Assembly: GCA_037439545.1 (NCBI GenBank)
Contig: JBBIVV010000023.1
Coordinates: 1 to 33,595 of the forward strand
Reading direction: 5' to 3'
DNA: 33,595 nt
From: a bacterium
GTDB taxonomy: Bacteria; JAMCPX01
Part shown: positions 18,756-28,225 of the stretch, piece after piece
Layout of the letters: every line of letters begins with the position of its first letter
Position numbering within the stretch: position 1 is the first letter of the stretch
Notes under the pieces: model-generated
What the model was told of the DNA's origin: nothing
Database searches by the model: none
What the model saw: only the letters and a program-made list of their open reading frames with translations
Position numbers and translations under genes: made by a program

Positions 18756-19658
18756 ATGTTTAAAAAAGTATTAGCGGTAGTAGCGGTTTTAGGGTTAGCC
18801 GGTTTTCAGTTTGCGGGCTGCGGAAAACAAACAAGCGGGTTGAACACGACATCGGTCAATCAGACATCTGAGGAATCAATAAACTCATCTGCCAACGATT
18901 CAATAGCACTGTCCAGCGTCAGTAACGATCAAAGCCTTGGCGTTATGGGTTACGAGTCATTATTGGGCGGTTCATCATGTCCCTCGGTAACCAAAACACA
19001 CGAAACGACTGCCGGTATCTATCCGTCTGTATATCTGGTAACCATTAATTTCGGCAACGGATGTATTCCTGCAAATTATTTCCGCGGTGTAATGACCAGC
19101 GGCGAGATTACCATGACAGTAACGCTCTTTTCCGATTCCACGACAAATCAAATTACAATGACGACCATAAGCGCTGTAAAAAATATCGTGAAGACCCGCC
19201 AGCTTGATCAGGCGTCACTCTACATAAGCGGCACAACGGATATAGTAAAAACTCTCAGCGGCTCCGGCGCCAGCGCAACTATAACCAGAACGATAAGCGT
19301 AAACGAGACCCAGATTGCATTGACAGGTGTTGGCAGGCTTGTCATGGATCATGATGTCGTACTCAATTTTACCATGGCTGATACAGGCGCCTGGCCGAAT
19401 ATAACCCAGAGGGTCATAAATGGAACAGGCAGTGTCGACCACCTGCTTCTGAAGGTCCTTGCAACGGCAACATTGACAAACTTCACCTATGCACAGGGCT
19501 GCTGTCATCCGGTAGGCGGTTCTATAGTCCTTGTTCTTACCAGCGATAAAGATAACAGTACGATAGGCACCTACGATCTTTCCTACGCAGGTAATAATCA
19601 ATGTAGTGACGTGGCAAGTCTCAACGGCAAGCAGATAAGTCTTAACCCTTGCGACTAA
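18756..19658 (+). CDS. Beta-rich lipoprotein, function unknown
   Basis: AAGGAGG Shine-Dalgarno; lipobox FAG-C; Thr/Ser-rich; six further cysteines. Confidence 0.85.
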   Translation: MFKKVLAVVAVLGLAGFQFAGCGKQTSGLNTTSVNQTSEESINSSANDSIALSSVSNDQSLGVMGYESLLGGSSCPSVTKTHETTAGIYPSVYLVTINFGNGCIPANYFRGVMTSGEITMTVTLFSDSTTNQITMTTISAVKNIVKTRQLDQASLYISGTTDIVKTLSGSGASATITRTISVNETQIALTGVGRLVMDHDVVLNFTMADTGAWPNITQRVINGTGSVDHLLLKVLATATLTNFTYAQGCCHPVGGSIVLVLTSDKDNSTIGTYDLSYAGNNQCSDVASLNGKQISLNPCD

Positions 19659-19673
19659 AGTCCATATCAAAGG

Positions 19674-19697
19674 CAGGGGCGGTTCACACCGCTCCTG
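19674..19697. terminator. Hairpin between convergent genes
   Basis: CAGGGGCGGT-TCAC-ACCGCTCCTG. Confidence 0.6.
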
Positions 19698-19711
19698 TAC
19701 TCTTCTTCAAT

Positions 19712-20539
19712 CTATTTTTTACCCAGGGACTGGAGCTTTTTCTCGAGATTTTTTGCACCCGATTTCTTTAGCATCGGCCAGAGCATAGGTATAATCCACG
19801 GAATTGACAACGCCAGCCTTGCAACCATGCCCTGAGAATGAGGTACATAAACCTCAACCTTGTTTTTTAGAATGGCATTTTTTACCGCCTGTGCCACTGC
19901 CTCGGTTGTCTGGGGTTTATCAAGAAAAGACATGGGCGAACCGCCGTGCGTAGCTTCATAGTGCAATTGCGGCGTTTCTACGGAATCGGGAAGCAGCGTT
20001 GATATGCTTACACCTGTATTCATGAGTTCAAGCCTTACGGCAAGATCAAACCCCCTTATTGCAAACTTCGTTGCCGAATATATCGCAGAACTCGGTTCAG
20101 GAACAACGCCGGCCAGGGACGCTGTATTGACAATATGTCCGAAGCCCTGCTTTTTCATAAGAGGAATTACCTCTTTTGTGCCATAGATAATACCGTAGAG
20201 ATTAATGTGTATTTGCCGGTCTATGTCCTTATAGTCGATAACATCTATATCAGCGGGCAGGATAATGCCTGCATTGTTGTGGAGGATGTTTATCTTGCCG
20301 TGTTTTTGCATAGCTTTGTTGAGAAGGGCCTTTACCATGTCGAGTTTTGTAACGTCCGTCGGAACTGCCATTGCATCAACGCCTTTTGCCATCAGTTCTT
20401 TGGCGAATTTAACGATGCCTTCTTCATTTATATCCGCAAGAACGACCTTGGCTCCTTCATTTGCCAGCATTTGAATAACGGACTTGCCGATGCCGCTTGC
20501 AGCACCTGTAACTATTGCTACCTGGTCTTTAAATTGCAT
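19712..20539 (-). CDS. Classical SDR oxidoreductase
   Basis: TGAASGIG, NNAG, YSATK; AGGAGG before ATG 20539. Confidence 0.95.
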   Translation of the reverse strand: MQFKDQVAIVTGAASGIGKSVIQMLANEGAKVVLADINEEGIVKFAKELMAKGVDAMAVPTDVTKLDMVKALLNKAMQKHGKINILHNNAGIILPADIDVIDYKDIDRQIHINLYGIIYGTKEVIPLMKKQGFGHIVNTASLAGVVPEPSSAIYSATKFAIRGFDLAVRLELMNTGVSISTLLPDSVETPQLHYEATHGGSPMSFLDKPQTTEAVAQAVKNAILKNKVEVYVPHSQGMVARLALSIPWIIPMLWPMLKKSGAKNLEKKLQSLGKK

Positions 20540-20676
20540 ACCGGTTCCTCCTTTAAGGTTTTTCAGGTTCATAGCATAAACAGGCAGGATGGTCAACGCA
20601 CTGCACGGAAGAAGCGGCAAGACAACTATCACTTTAAAATTTATTCGAGATGTTATATATATACATATGGTGAAAC

Positions 20677-20780
20677 AAACCCGTGTGAATGGGCAGGACT
20701 TTTGGAACCTGCACTTTTAAATGCATGGCGGACCTGTCATATCTTTTCCGCCGTGCATGAGAGGTCTTTTACGGGGTAAA
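20677..20780. repeat. Decayed family B element forming the slp leader
   Basis: Colinear by eye with the reverse complement of 8906-9012: AAACCCGTGTGAA...CTTT...AACC...TCATAT...CCGCC...CTTT..ACGGGGTAAA. Confidence 0.7.
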
Positions 20781-20789
20781 GGAGGCTGT

Positions 20790-21338
20790 ATGGGCAAAAC
20801 AATAAGATATATGCTTCTTGCGGTGATTACGCTTGCAGCATCCGGCTGTGCACCGGAGATCCCGAAAGAAGTACTCTCAAATGTCGATACGACCATTACG
20901 TTCAAAATGTTGAAGATCAATCCGGCCGAATATACAGGCAAGACGATTATTACAGGCGGTGAGATTGTCAGTGCCACAAACCAGAGCAATGGGGACACAG
21001 CGTTCGAGATTATCGAATTTCCGCTGGATAGTGACTATAAGCCGCAGAAGAGCGATCAATCCAGTGGGAGATTTATAGTGTTATATAAAGGGTATCTTGA
21101 AACGAAGATATTTGCGTCGGGCAGACTGGTTACTGTTGTCGGTACGGTTGGTGAAAGCCATAAAGGGACCATAGGAAGTATGCCCTACACCTTTCCTTTA
21201 GTGAGTTCCACATACGTAAAGCTGTGGTCCATAAAGCCGAACCCCGTGCCTGTGTATTCACTCGGTTTTGGACTGGATTATGCGCCTTATATGGCGCCTC
21301 CATGGTGGTATTACCCGTACGGACCGCTCATGTACTGA
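20790..21338 (+). CDS. Slp-family outer-membrane lipoprotein
   Basis: Lipobox ASG-C; GGEI, PLD, GRF, GRLVTVVG, YTFP; Tyr/Pro-rich tail; AAGGAGG Shine-Dalgarno. Confidence 0.9.
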   Translation: MGKTIRYMLLAVITLAASGCAPEIPKEVLSNVDTTITFKMLKINPAEYTGKTIITGGEIVSATNQSNGDTAFEIIEFPLDSDYKPQKSDQSSGRFIVLYKGYLETKIFASGRLVTVVGTVGESHKGTIGSMPYTFPLVSSTYVKLWSIKPNPVPVYSLGFGLDYAPYMAPPWWYYPYGPLMY

Positions 21339-21381
21339 AGGCTTAACCATGGACACGAAAAAAAACAGGTTCAACAAATAA

Positions 21382-23130
21382 ATGCTTGGTATCATAGCCG
21401 TATCATTAAGCCTGAATCTGCTGTCCCGTACCGCAATGAAGCACAATGCAGGACTTATGTATGAGACAGCGGTAAAGAATTATTACACGATCAACACAAA
21501 CACCCAGAAACAACGCTACAGGGACAATTGGCTTGAAGTCATCAGTCAATTTAACGAGGTATATAAAAAATATCCCTCTTCGGAATATGCGCCTAAATCG
21601 CTGTTCAATATCGGTAACCTCTACAATAAGCTTTATACAAGATCGTTTCTTTCCACAGACCTGAACGACGCCATACATGCATTTAAGACAGTGCAGCGGC
21701 AGTATAAGAAAGATACACTGTCTGACGATGCGTTGTTCAAGATTGCGGAGATCTACAGGACAAAGAAGGGTGATACAAGTACTGCCCTGTATTTTTATAA
21801 ACTTATTCTTACAGATTATCCACACAGCAATTCCGCCCCGATGGCAGATGTCTGGGTGAGGAAACTCGGCGGGTCTGCCCCCATAAAGAAAAAAACCCCG
21901 ACCGCAAAGCCGCTCGCAACACTCCAGGGTATTAAGGTGTGGTCCGCAGGTGACTATACCCGTATTGTCATAAGCGTATCGAACGAGGTCGTTTATTCAG
22001 GGCACCTGCTTGAACGGGAAGAAAACAATAAGACCGGCAAAAGGGTCTACGTGGATCTGGATGGAACGATACTTACCTGCGGTACCCCGCCTGTCCTTGT
22101 AAAGGACGGACTCGTTGAGGAAATCAGGACCGGGCAGTTTAACAACAAAACAGTGAGGGTCGTCATGGATGTAGGGAACATCGATGATTATTCCATTTTT
22201 AACCTTGAAGACCCATTCAGGATCATCATAGATGTAAAGGGCAAGATAACGGAAACATCCATGAATGTGCACACCGAAAAACCTACCGCAACCACGAGTG
22301 AAAAGCCTACGGTAACCGCCGGTATAAAACTTACCGGTGAGACAGACCAAAACGGGCTTACCATATCGAGGATTATACAGGATTACGAAACTATAAACCA
22401 GCAGCCCGGGGCAGATGAAACAGTACCGGTCAAACAGATCAGCGGACTGTCGATAAAAAAAGTTGTCATAGACCCGGGACACGGAGGACACGACCCGGGG
22501 GCGATCGGCCCGGACGGCATACGGGAGAAGAATATCACACTCAGCATAGGGATGATGCTTGCAGATAGACTAAGGGCAATGGGACTGCACGTTATTATGA
22601 CGAGAGACAGGGATGTGTTTATACCGCTCGAAGAAAGGACGGCGATTGCAAATATGAGCAATGCGGATCTCTTTATTTCCATCCATGCAAACGCAAGCAG
22701 GAGCAGGAGGACGAAGGGCATAACGACATACTACCTGAGCCCGACCCGTAATAGAATATCGATGCTCGTTGCCGCAAGGGAGAATGCGACATCGACAAAA
22801 AAGCTGAGCGATCTGCAGTTGATCCTTGAAGACCTTATGAAAACGACCAAGATAAACGACTCGGCAACATTTGCCGGGGACATTCAAGGGGACATGCTGA
22901 AGAGCTTGAAAAAGGATGGCTATAAGACACCGGGCCTTGGAGTAAGGAGTGCTCCATTTTTTGTTCTGATGCATGCAAATATGCCGAGTATACTTATAGA
23001 AACCTCGTTTGTTACCAACCCAACAGAGGAAAAGCTGCTTATACAAAAGGGATATGAACAGTCTATAGTGGATGGTATAGTAAAAGGTATTCTGCACTAC
23101 GGATCAAAGATAAAAATGGCTGAGCAATAA
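21382..23130 (+). CDS. N-acetylmuramoyl-L-alanine amidase (TPR + AMIN + Amidase_3; AmiC-like)
   Basis: VVIDPGHGGHDPGA, EK, FISIHAN, SILIE; AMIN-like RTGQF...VRVV...PFRIIID; N-terminal TPRs. Confidence 0.93.
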   Translation: MLGIIAVSLSLNLLSRTAMKHNAGLMYETAVKNYYTINTNTQKQRYRDNWLEVISQFNEVYKKYPSSEYAPKSLFNIGNLYNKLYTRSFLSTDLNDAIHAFKTVQRQYKKDTLSDDALFKIAEIYRTKKGDTSTALYFYKLILTDYPHSNSAPMADVWVRKLGGSAPIKKKTPTAKPLATLQGIKVWSAGDYTRIVISVSNEVVYSGHLLEREENNKTGKRVYVDLDGTILTCGTPPVLVKDGLVEEIRTGQFNNKTVRVVMDVGNIDDYSIFNLEDPFRIIIDVKGKITETSMNVHTEKPTATTSEKPTVTAGIKLTGETDQNGLTISRIIQDYETINQQPGADETVPVKQISGLSIKKVVIDPGHGGHDPGAIGPDGIREKNITLSIGMMLADRLRAMGLHVIMTRDRDVFIPLEERTAIANMSNADLFISIHANASRSRRTKGITTYYLSPTRNRISMLVAARENATSTKKLSDLQLILEDLMKTTKINDSATFAGDIQGDMLKSLKKDGYKTPGLGVRSAPFFVLMHANMPSILIETSFVTNPTEEKLLIQKGYEQSIVDGIVKGILHYGSKIKMAEQ

Positions 23131-23136
23131 ACCCCG

Positions 23137-23212
23137 TTAACCAGAAAAATGCAATAGGTAAGCTTGCTCATTGCTCAATCTCCCCTATTTACAAATGCAT
23201 TTTTCGGGTTAA
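23137..23212. mobile_element. MITE-like element, family A, short (76 bp) form
   Basis: TTAACCAGAAAAATGCA...TGCATTTTTCGGGTTAA; its reverse complement equals the two ends of 3545-3792 joined. Confidence 0.85.
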
Positions 23213-23484
23213 TCGGAATTGCTTGTATTAATCCTGCCGCCAAAAATTTGTCCGAATACTGCTGAAGCGATGTACAGGGGAATAAATTTGTAACTTACAT
23301 GGGTCGAGAGTCGCATGAATATGACCAGCGGGATTGAGAGATGGACATAGAGGAACCATTTCCACGAGAACTTTTTCACCTTCGAGCGGAGGTATCCAAA
23401 GGGCAGATTAATTCCAATGGTGATTACTGCAATCCCTATTATCAGGGCTATTTTTAGCTGTTCATTGTTTCCATGCAGGTACAT
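23209..23484 (-). CDS. Small hypothetical membrane protein
   Basis: 91 aa with about 3 hydrophobic segments (INLPFGYLR...KFSWKWFLYVHLSIP); stop codon lies within the terminal TTAA of the family A element. Confidence 0.8.
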   Translation of the reverse strand: MYLHGNNEQLKIALIIGIAVITIGINLPFGYLRSKVKKFSWKWFLYVHLSIPLVIFMRLSTHVSYKFIPLYIASAVFGQIFGGRINTSNSD

Positions 23485-23553
23485 GGGACAGTATCCTTAA
23501 GAGTGATTTATCTTTTTATAATAATGTCCATTTCCCGGAAGATCAACAAGTAC

Positions 23554-23649
23554 AGAACAGGACAAGGCCTGTAACCCCCGCACTTTCTATAAGGAATTAA
23601 AAATTATCATATTATCCCCACCATAAATGGTGGGGCTTTCTCACGGGGT
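23554..23649. mobile_element. MITE-like element, family B, inverted copy lacking one terminus
   Basis: 23583-23653 is near-identical to the reverse complement of 8905-8975; left part degenerate, terminal ACCCCGT missing. Confidence 0.85.
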
Positions 23650-23727
23650 AAAAGGTTGAAAAAGTATAAAAAATAGGGGGCATTATTGAAGATTTTGATG
23701 TTTCTTTGTAAGACAAGTACCGTAAAG

Positions 23728-24420
23728 CTATAAACGTTTTTTCCCCTTATACATGGCTGCAACCCCGAACGTCAACGGCACGATCATGACATCTTCAAAC
23801 CCTGTTGAGTTAAGCATAGTGCCGAATACTTCCTGTTCAGGGAATGCCTCAACCGAATTTCTAAGGTAGGTGTATGCACTGGTCCTTGTGAGGATATTTC
23901 CTATGACCGGAAGGATCCTTTCAAAATAAATTTTATATGTCCTGCCGGCAATGCCTTTGGGCATTGAGAATTCAAGTATCAGTAGAACGCCTCCCGGTTT
24001 TGCTACCCTGTAAAATTCTTTGAGTGCGCCCTCTCTCGGATAGATATTCCTGATGCCGAAAGCGCAACTGATAAGATCAAACATGTTATCCTTGAAAGGC
24101 AGGGACAAGCCGGAGCCCCTTATGATGTGTATGCCGCTGTTCTCGATGCGGCCCTTTATTTTGGCTAATTTCAGCATCTCCATACTTATGTCCAATCCAT
24201 AAACATGGACCCCTCTGCCTGCCTTTTTGTAGCCGATTGCCATGTCCCCGGTACCGGTGGAAACATCGAGGATATTTTTTACACCGATGTCCAGGCTCAT
24301 ACCGATGGCTTTCTTTCGCCATCTGACATCCGTATACCCGGACAAGATATGGTTTAACAAATCGTAGCGGCCTGATATTACATCAAACATTCCTGCTATA
24401 TCGTGTTCTGTAGGTTCCAT
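23728..24420 (-). CDS. ubiE: UbiE/MenG-family quinone C-methyltransferase
   Basis: MFDVISGRYDLLNHILS, LDVSTGTGD, FGIRN, LEFS, YTYLRNS. Confidence 0.92.
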   Translation of the reverse strand: MEPTEHDIAGMFDVISGRYDLLNHILSGYTDVRWRKKAIGMSLDIGVKNILDVSTGTGDMAIGYKKAGRGVHVYGLDISMEMLKLAKIKGRIENSGIHIIRGSGLSLPFKDNMFDLISCAFGIRNIYPREGALKEFYRVAKPGGVLLILEFSMPKGIAGRTYKIYFERILPVIGNILTRTSAYTYLRNSVEAFPEQEVFGTMLNSTGFEDVMIVPLTFGVAAMYKGKKRL

Positions 24421-24432
24421 ATTAGCTCTTTT

Positions 24433-24460
24433 AAAGAGGGGTAAACTGTTACCCCTCTTT
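24433..24460. terminator. Perfect hairpin between acyl-CoA dehydrogenase and ubiE
   Basis: AAAGAGGGGTAA-ACTG-TTACCCCTCTTT. Confidence 0.6.
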
Positions 24461-25609
24461 TCAGTACAGCCCCATCCTCTTTGCTATAATCTCCTTCATG
24501 ATTTCGGTCGTTCCTGCACCGATGGTAAACATCCTCGCATCCCGGTAAGCCCTTGCAACAGGATACTCTTCCATGTACCCGTATCCGCCGAATACCTGTA
24601 TTGCATCATAGGTAACTTTGTTTGCAACTTCACATGAATACAGCTTTGCCATGGAGATCTCTTTTGTTGCCTCCTCGCCGTGATCGAGCAGCCATGCACC
24701 GTGGTACGCAAGCTGCCGTGCTGCTTCAAGCTGTGTAGCCATGTCGACGAGTTTATGTGCTATTGCCTGGTGCTGTGCTATGGGTTTTCCGAAGGTCATT
24801 CTTTCCTTCGAATAGTTTACCGCATCCTCGAGTGCGACCTGTGCAAGTGCAATGACGCCGACAGAGCCCATTATCCTTTCCGTCTGGAACCCTTCCATGA
24901 TGTAGTAAAAGCCCTTGTTTACCTCGCCGATCACCATGTTGTCCGGAACAAAGCAGTCATCAAAAAATAATTCCGCCGTATGGGACGAATGGTGTCCGAG
25001 TTTCTTCAGTTTCCTTCCGACGGTAAAGCCCTTTGTTTTTGTATCGAGCAAAAACAGGGTAATGCCTTTATGAGCTTTTGCCGATTCTGTTTTTGCGGCA
25101 ACGATAATATAATCCGCCCATGTACCGTTTGTGATAAAGATCTTTGAGCCGTTGAGTATATAACCGCCTTCTGCCTTCTTTGCAGTGCTTCGTATCCCTG
25201 CGACATCGGAGCCTGCATTGGGCTCCGTATAGCCTATTGCAAACACCGCATCACCCTTAATTACCCTGGTAAGATATTTTATCTTTTGTTCCTCTGTCCC
25301 ATGTTTGAAAAGCACAGGCGTTGCCATGTCCGTATCCACCATTATATCAAGGCACATGCCCGGCATTCTTGACCGGTAAAGTTCCTCATAAAATACGATG
25401 TCATAAAAGATATCGAGTCCCATGCCCCCGTATTTTTCAGGATACCTGATGCCGAGAAAATTCATGCCCGCCAATGTCTTGAATAGTTCCTTTGGATAAT
25501 CTTCAGCCTCCTCCCATTCGTTTGCATGCGGCAGAAGGTTCTTGGTTACAAAATCTCTTACGCTCTTTCTGAACATCTCGTGTTCTTCCGTAAAGAAATG
25601 ACTTTTCAT
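24461..25609 (-). CDS. Acyl-CoA dehydrogenase (LCAD-type catalytic Glu)
   Basis: YTEPNAGSD, NGSKIFITNG, FQTER, QVFGGYGY, TIGAGTTEI. Confidence 0.96.
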   Translation of the reverse strand: MKSHFFTEEHEMFRKSVRDFVTKNLLPHANEWEEAEDYPKELFKTLAGMNFLGIRYPEKYGGMGLDIFYDIVFYEELYRSRMPGMCLDIMVDTDMATPVLFKHGTEEQKIKYLTRVIKGDAVFAIGYTEPNAGSDVAGIRSTAKKAEGGYILNGSKIFITNGTWADYIIVAAKTESAKAHKGITLFLLDTKTKGFTVGRKLKKLGHHSSHTAELFFDDCFVPDNMVIGEVNKGFYYIMEGFQTERIMGSVGVIALAQVALEDAVNYSKERMTFGKPIAQHQAIAHKLVDMATQLEAARQLAYHGAWLLDHGEEATKEISMAKLYSCEVANKVTYDAIQVFGGYGYMEEYPVARAYRDARMFTIGAGTTEIMKEIIAKRMGLY

Positions 25610-25635
25610 ACAGCCTCCATTTTTATATTGGATTT

Positions 25636-25663
25636 ACTATAATATCCCTGCGGTAAATGACAA
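25636..25663 (-). promoter_or_regulatory. Candidate sigma70 promoter
   Basis: TTGTCA-N16-TATAGT upstream of the acyl-CoA dehydrogenase. Confidence 0.45.
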
Positions 25664-25826
25664 GACTTTCTAACGGGCTGCATGCGGCATTTGAAATAAA
25701 ATTGCAGGGCATTTTCTATTCCGCCTTGTCTTTTTATTAAAAAAACATTTATCGGCAGGATGCTTGCAAAAAAAACTTATAAAGCATTACAAACGTAAAC
25801 AGTATAATAGAACAGGAGTAAAAAGC

Positions 25827-27176
25827 ATGAATGTATTGTTATTAAGCAGGTTTCAGTTCGCGGCAACGGCAATGTTTCATTTCATCTTTGTTCCGCTGAC
25901 ACTCGGGCTTTCCGTACTGCTTGCAATTATGGAGACCATGTATGTGCGTACGGGGCATACCGTTTACCTGAGGATGACAAGGTTCTGGGGCAGGCTGTTC
26001 ATCATCAATTTTGTCCTTGGAGTCGTCACAGGCATAACCCTGGAGTTTCAGTTTGGCATGAACTGGGCAGAGTATTCAAAGTATGTCGGCGACATCTTCG
26101 GAGTGCCGCTGGCCATAGAGGCTACAGTCGCGTTCTTTCTTGAGTCGGTCTTCATGGGGTTGTGGGTTTTTGGCTGGAACAAGGTCTCAAAAAAGGTTCA
26201 TGCAGTATCGATCTGGTTCGTAGCAATCGGAACAAATCTGTCTGCCTTATGGATACTCCTTGCAAACGGCTGGATGCAGCACCCGGTCGGTTATGTCATA
26301 AAAAACAACAGGGCTGAAATGGTCGATTTTATGGCAATGGCAACAAATAAGAACGGGCTGCTCGAATTTTTCCATACGGTCTCTTCAAGTTACGTACTCG
26401 CGGCATTTTTCCTCATGGGTGTTTCAGCATATCACCTTCTCAGGAAGAATGAGCCCGGACTTTTTAAAACATCTTTCAGGATTGCGTCTGTTTTTGGCCT
26501 GATCAGTTCATTGGTATTGTTAGGCATTGGTGATTCCCAGGCATCGAATGTTGCAAAAACTCAACCGGCTAAGTTTGCGGCAATGGAAAGTGTCTGGCAA
26601 ACGGAAAAGCCTGCGGCATACAATCTTTTGATTGTTCCCGATGAGAAAGAAGAAAAGAACGTCGTCGAGGCATGGCGCATACCCGGATTGTTAAGCCTTA
26701 TGGCTTTTCACGACCGGGATGCAGAGGTAAAAGGGCTGAAAGACTTTCCAAAAGACGACAGGCCTCCTGTTCTGCCCGTATTCTTGAGTTTCAGGATAAT
26801 GGTAGGACTCGGTATGCTTTTCATACTTCTCAGTTTTATAAGTGTCATACTTTCAGAAAGGGATTTACTTGAGCGCAACGCGTGGTTTTTAACGGTCATG
26901 TTCTGGGCAACCCCATTGCCCTATTTAGCGGTCCAATTAGGCTGGATCCTGACAGAGCTCGGCAGACAGCCGTGGATTGTCTATGGGATGCTCAAGACAT
27001 CCGCAGGCCTGTCGACGTCTCTCAGTTTATCACAGGTTGTAAGTTCTCTGATTGGGTTCACGCTTATATACGGCTTGCTTGCGATTGTGGATATCTCTTT
27101 ATTGGTGAAATATGCGAGGCAAGGGCCTGAACCGCTTCCCGCAGCTCGACGGGTTTTCAGTAATAAGGAGGCATGA
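25827..27176 (+). CDS. cydA: Cytochrome bd quinol oxidase subunit I (short Q-loop)
   Basis: SRFQFA..FH, EFQFG, FLES, ANGWMQHP, FFH, QPAKFAAME, FRIM, ELGRQPW; AGGAG before ATG 25827. Confidence 0.98.
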   Translation: MNVLLLSRFQFAATAMFHFIFVPLTLGLSVLLAIMETMYVRTGHTVYLRMTRFWGRLFIINFVLGVVTGITLEFQFGMNWAEYSKYVGDIFGVPLAIEATVAFFLESVFMGLWVFGWNKVSKKVHAVSIWFVAIGTNLSALWILLANGWMQHPVGYVIKNNRAEMVDFMAMATNKNGLLEFFHTVSSSYVLAAFFLMGVSAYHLLRKNEPGLFKTSFRIASVFGLISSLVLLGIGDSQASNVAKTQPAKFAAMESVWQTEKPAAYNLLIVPDEKEEKNVVEAWRIPGLLSLMAFHDRDAEVKGLKDFPKDDRPPVLPVFLSFRIMVGLGMLFILLSFISVILSERDLLERNAWFLTVMFWATPLPYLAVQLGWILTELGRQPWIVYGMLKTSAGLSTSLSLSQVVSSLIGFTLIYGLLAIVDISLLVKYARQGPEPLPAARRVFSNKEA

Positions 27177-27177
27177 G

Positions 27178-28206
27178 ATGGAATTTCAGATTATATGGTT
27201 TGTGCTATGGTCTGTCCTGTGGGCGGTTTATTTTATGCTCGACGGCTTTGATTTCGGTGCGGGTATGCTTCAGTCAATGATAGGAAAAACCGACACTGAA
27301 AAACGCATGATTATAAACAGTATCGGGCCTGTATGGGACGGTAATGAGGTGTGGCTCATCACAGCAGGCGGGGCTACTTTCGCCGCATTCCCGACGACAT
27401 ACGCATTGATGTTTAGCTTTCTTTATTCTGCCATGCTTCTCATACTGTTTGCACTGATCTTAAGGGGTGTGGCGTTTGAATTCAGGTCAAAAAAAGATAG
27501 CAGTGCATGGAAGAAAGGCTGGGACTGGGTAATATTTCTCAGCAGCCTTTCACTCGCGTTATTATTCGGTGTTGCCTTTGGGAATATATTTAAGGGCCTG
27601 CCTATGGATGCATCGGGTTATCACGGCTCGCTTCTGTATCTGTTAAATCCTTACGGTGTTTTTACGGGCATATTTTTTGTCCTGCTGTTTGCAGAACATG
27701 GTGCATTGCGCTTATCAATCAAGACTGAGGGCGGACCAAGGGTACGGGCACAAGGAATTTCCCGCCTGTTGTGGCCCCTGCTGGTCCTTATAACGGCCTG
27801 CTTTCTGATTTATACCAAATTCGCAACACATCTCTCTGCAAATTATTTCCAGCACCCTGTATGGTCGATTGTACCGGTGCTGGCAGTATTGAGTCTTGCC
27901 GGCATACGGTTGTTTCTGTCATGGAAAGATTATTCAAAAGCATTTTATGCATCATGCGCTCTCATAGTGACGGTGATTTTTACAGGGGTCATAGGCTTAT
28001 ATCCTTCGCTTATCCCCTCTGATATTGATCCGAATTACAGCCTTACCATCTTCAACTCGTCATCGAGTATCTATACGCTCAAGATAATGACCGTAGTCGC
28101 TCTCATATTCATGCCCCTCGTTATTCTCTATCAGATATGGATATACGGAATTTTCAAACAAAGAGTTTCAGCGGGTGATCTTGAGAAGGACGATGACGCT
28201 TATTGA
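27178..28206 (+). CDS. cydB: Cytochrome bd quinol oxidase subunit II
   Basis: LDGFDFGAG, GPVWDGNEVWL, RGVAFEFR; AGGAGG Shine-Dalgarno. Confidence 0.97.
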   Translation: MEFQIIWFVLWSVLWAVYFMLDGFDFGAGMLQSMIGKTDTEKRMIINSIGPVWDGNEVWLITAGGATFAAFPTTYALMFSFLYSAMLLILFALILRGVAFEFRSKKDSSAWKKGWDWVIFLSSLSLALLFGVAFGNIFKGLPMDASGYHGSLLYLLNPYGVFTGIFFVLLFAEHGALRLSIKTEGGPRVRAQGISRLLWPLLVLITACFLIYTKFATHLSANYFQHPVWSIVPVLAVLSLAGIRLFLSWKDYSKAFYASCALIVTVIFTGVIGLYPSLIPSDIDPNYSLTIFNSSSSIYTLKIMTVVALIFMPLVILYQIWIYGIFKQRVSAGDLEKDDDAY

Positions 28207-28225
28207 TACGCAGGATGGTCTTATC

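Noticed and set aside
20670..20760. c-di-GMP or c-di-AMP riboswitch upstream of slp
   Set aside because: Only short words (GAAACAA, TGAATGGG, GGAACC) resemble these aptamers and the core elements are missing. Homology to repeat family B explains the region better.
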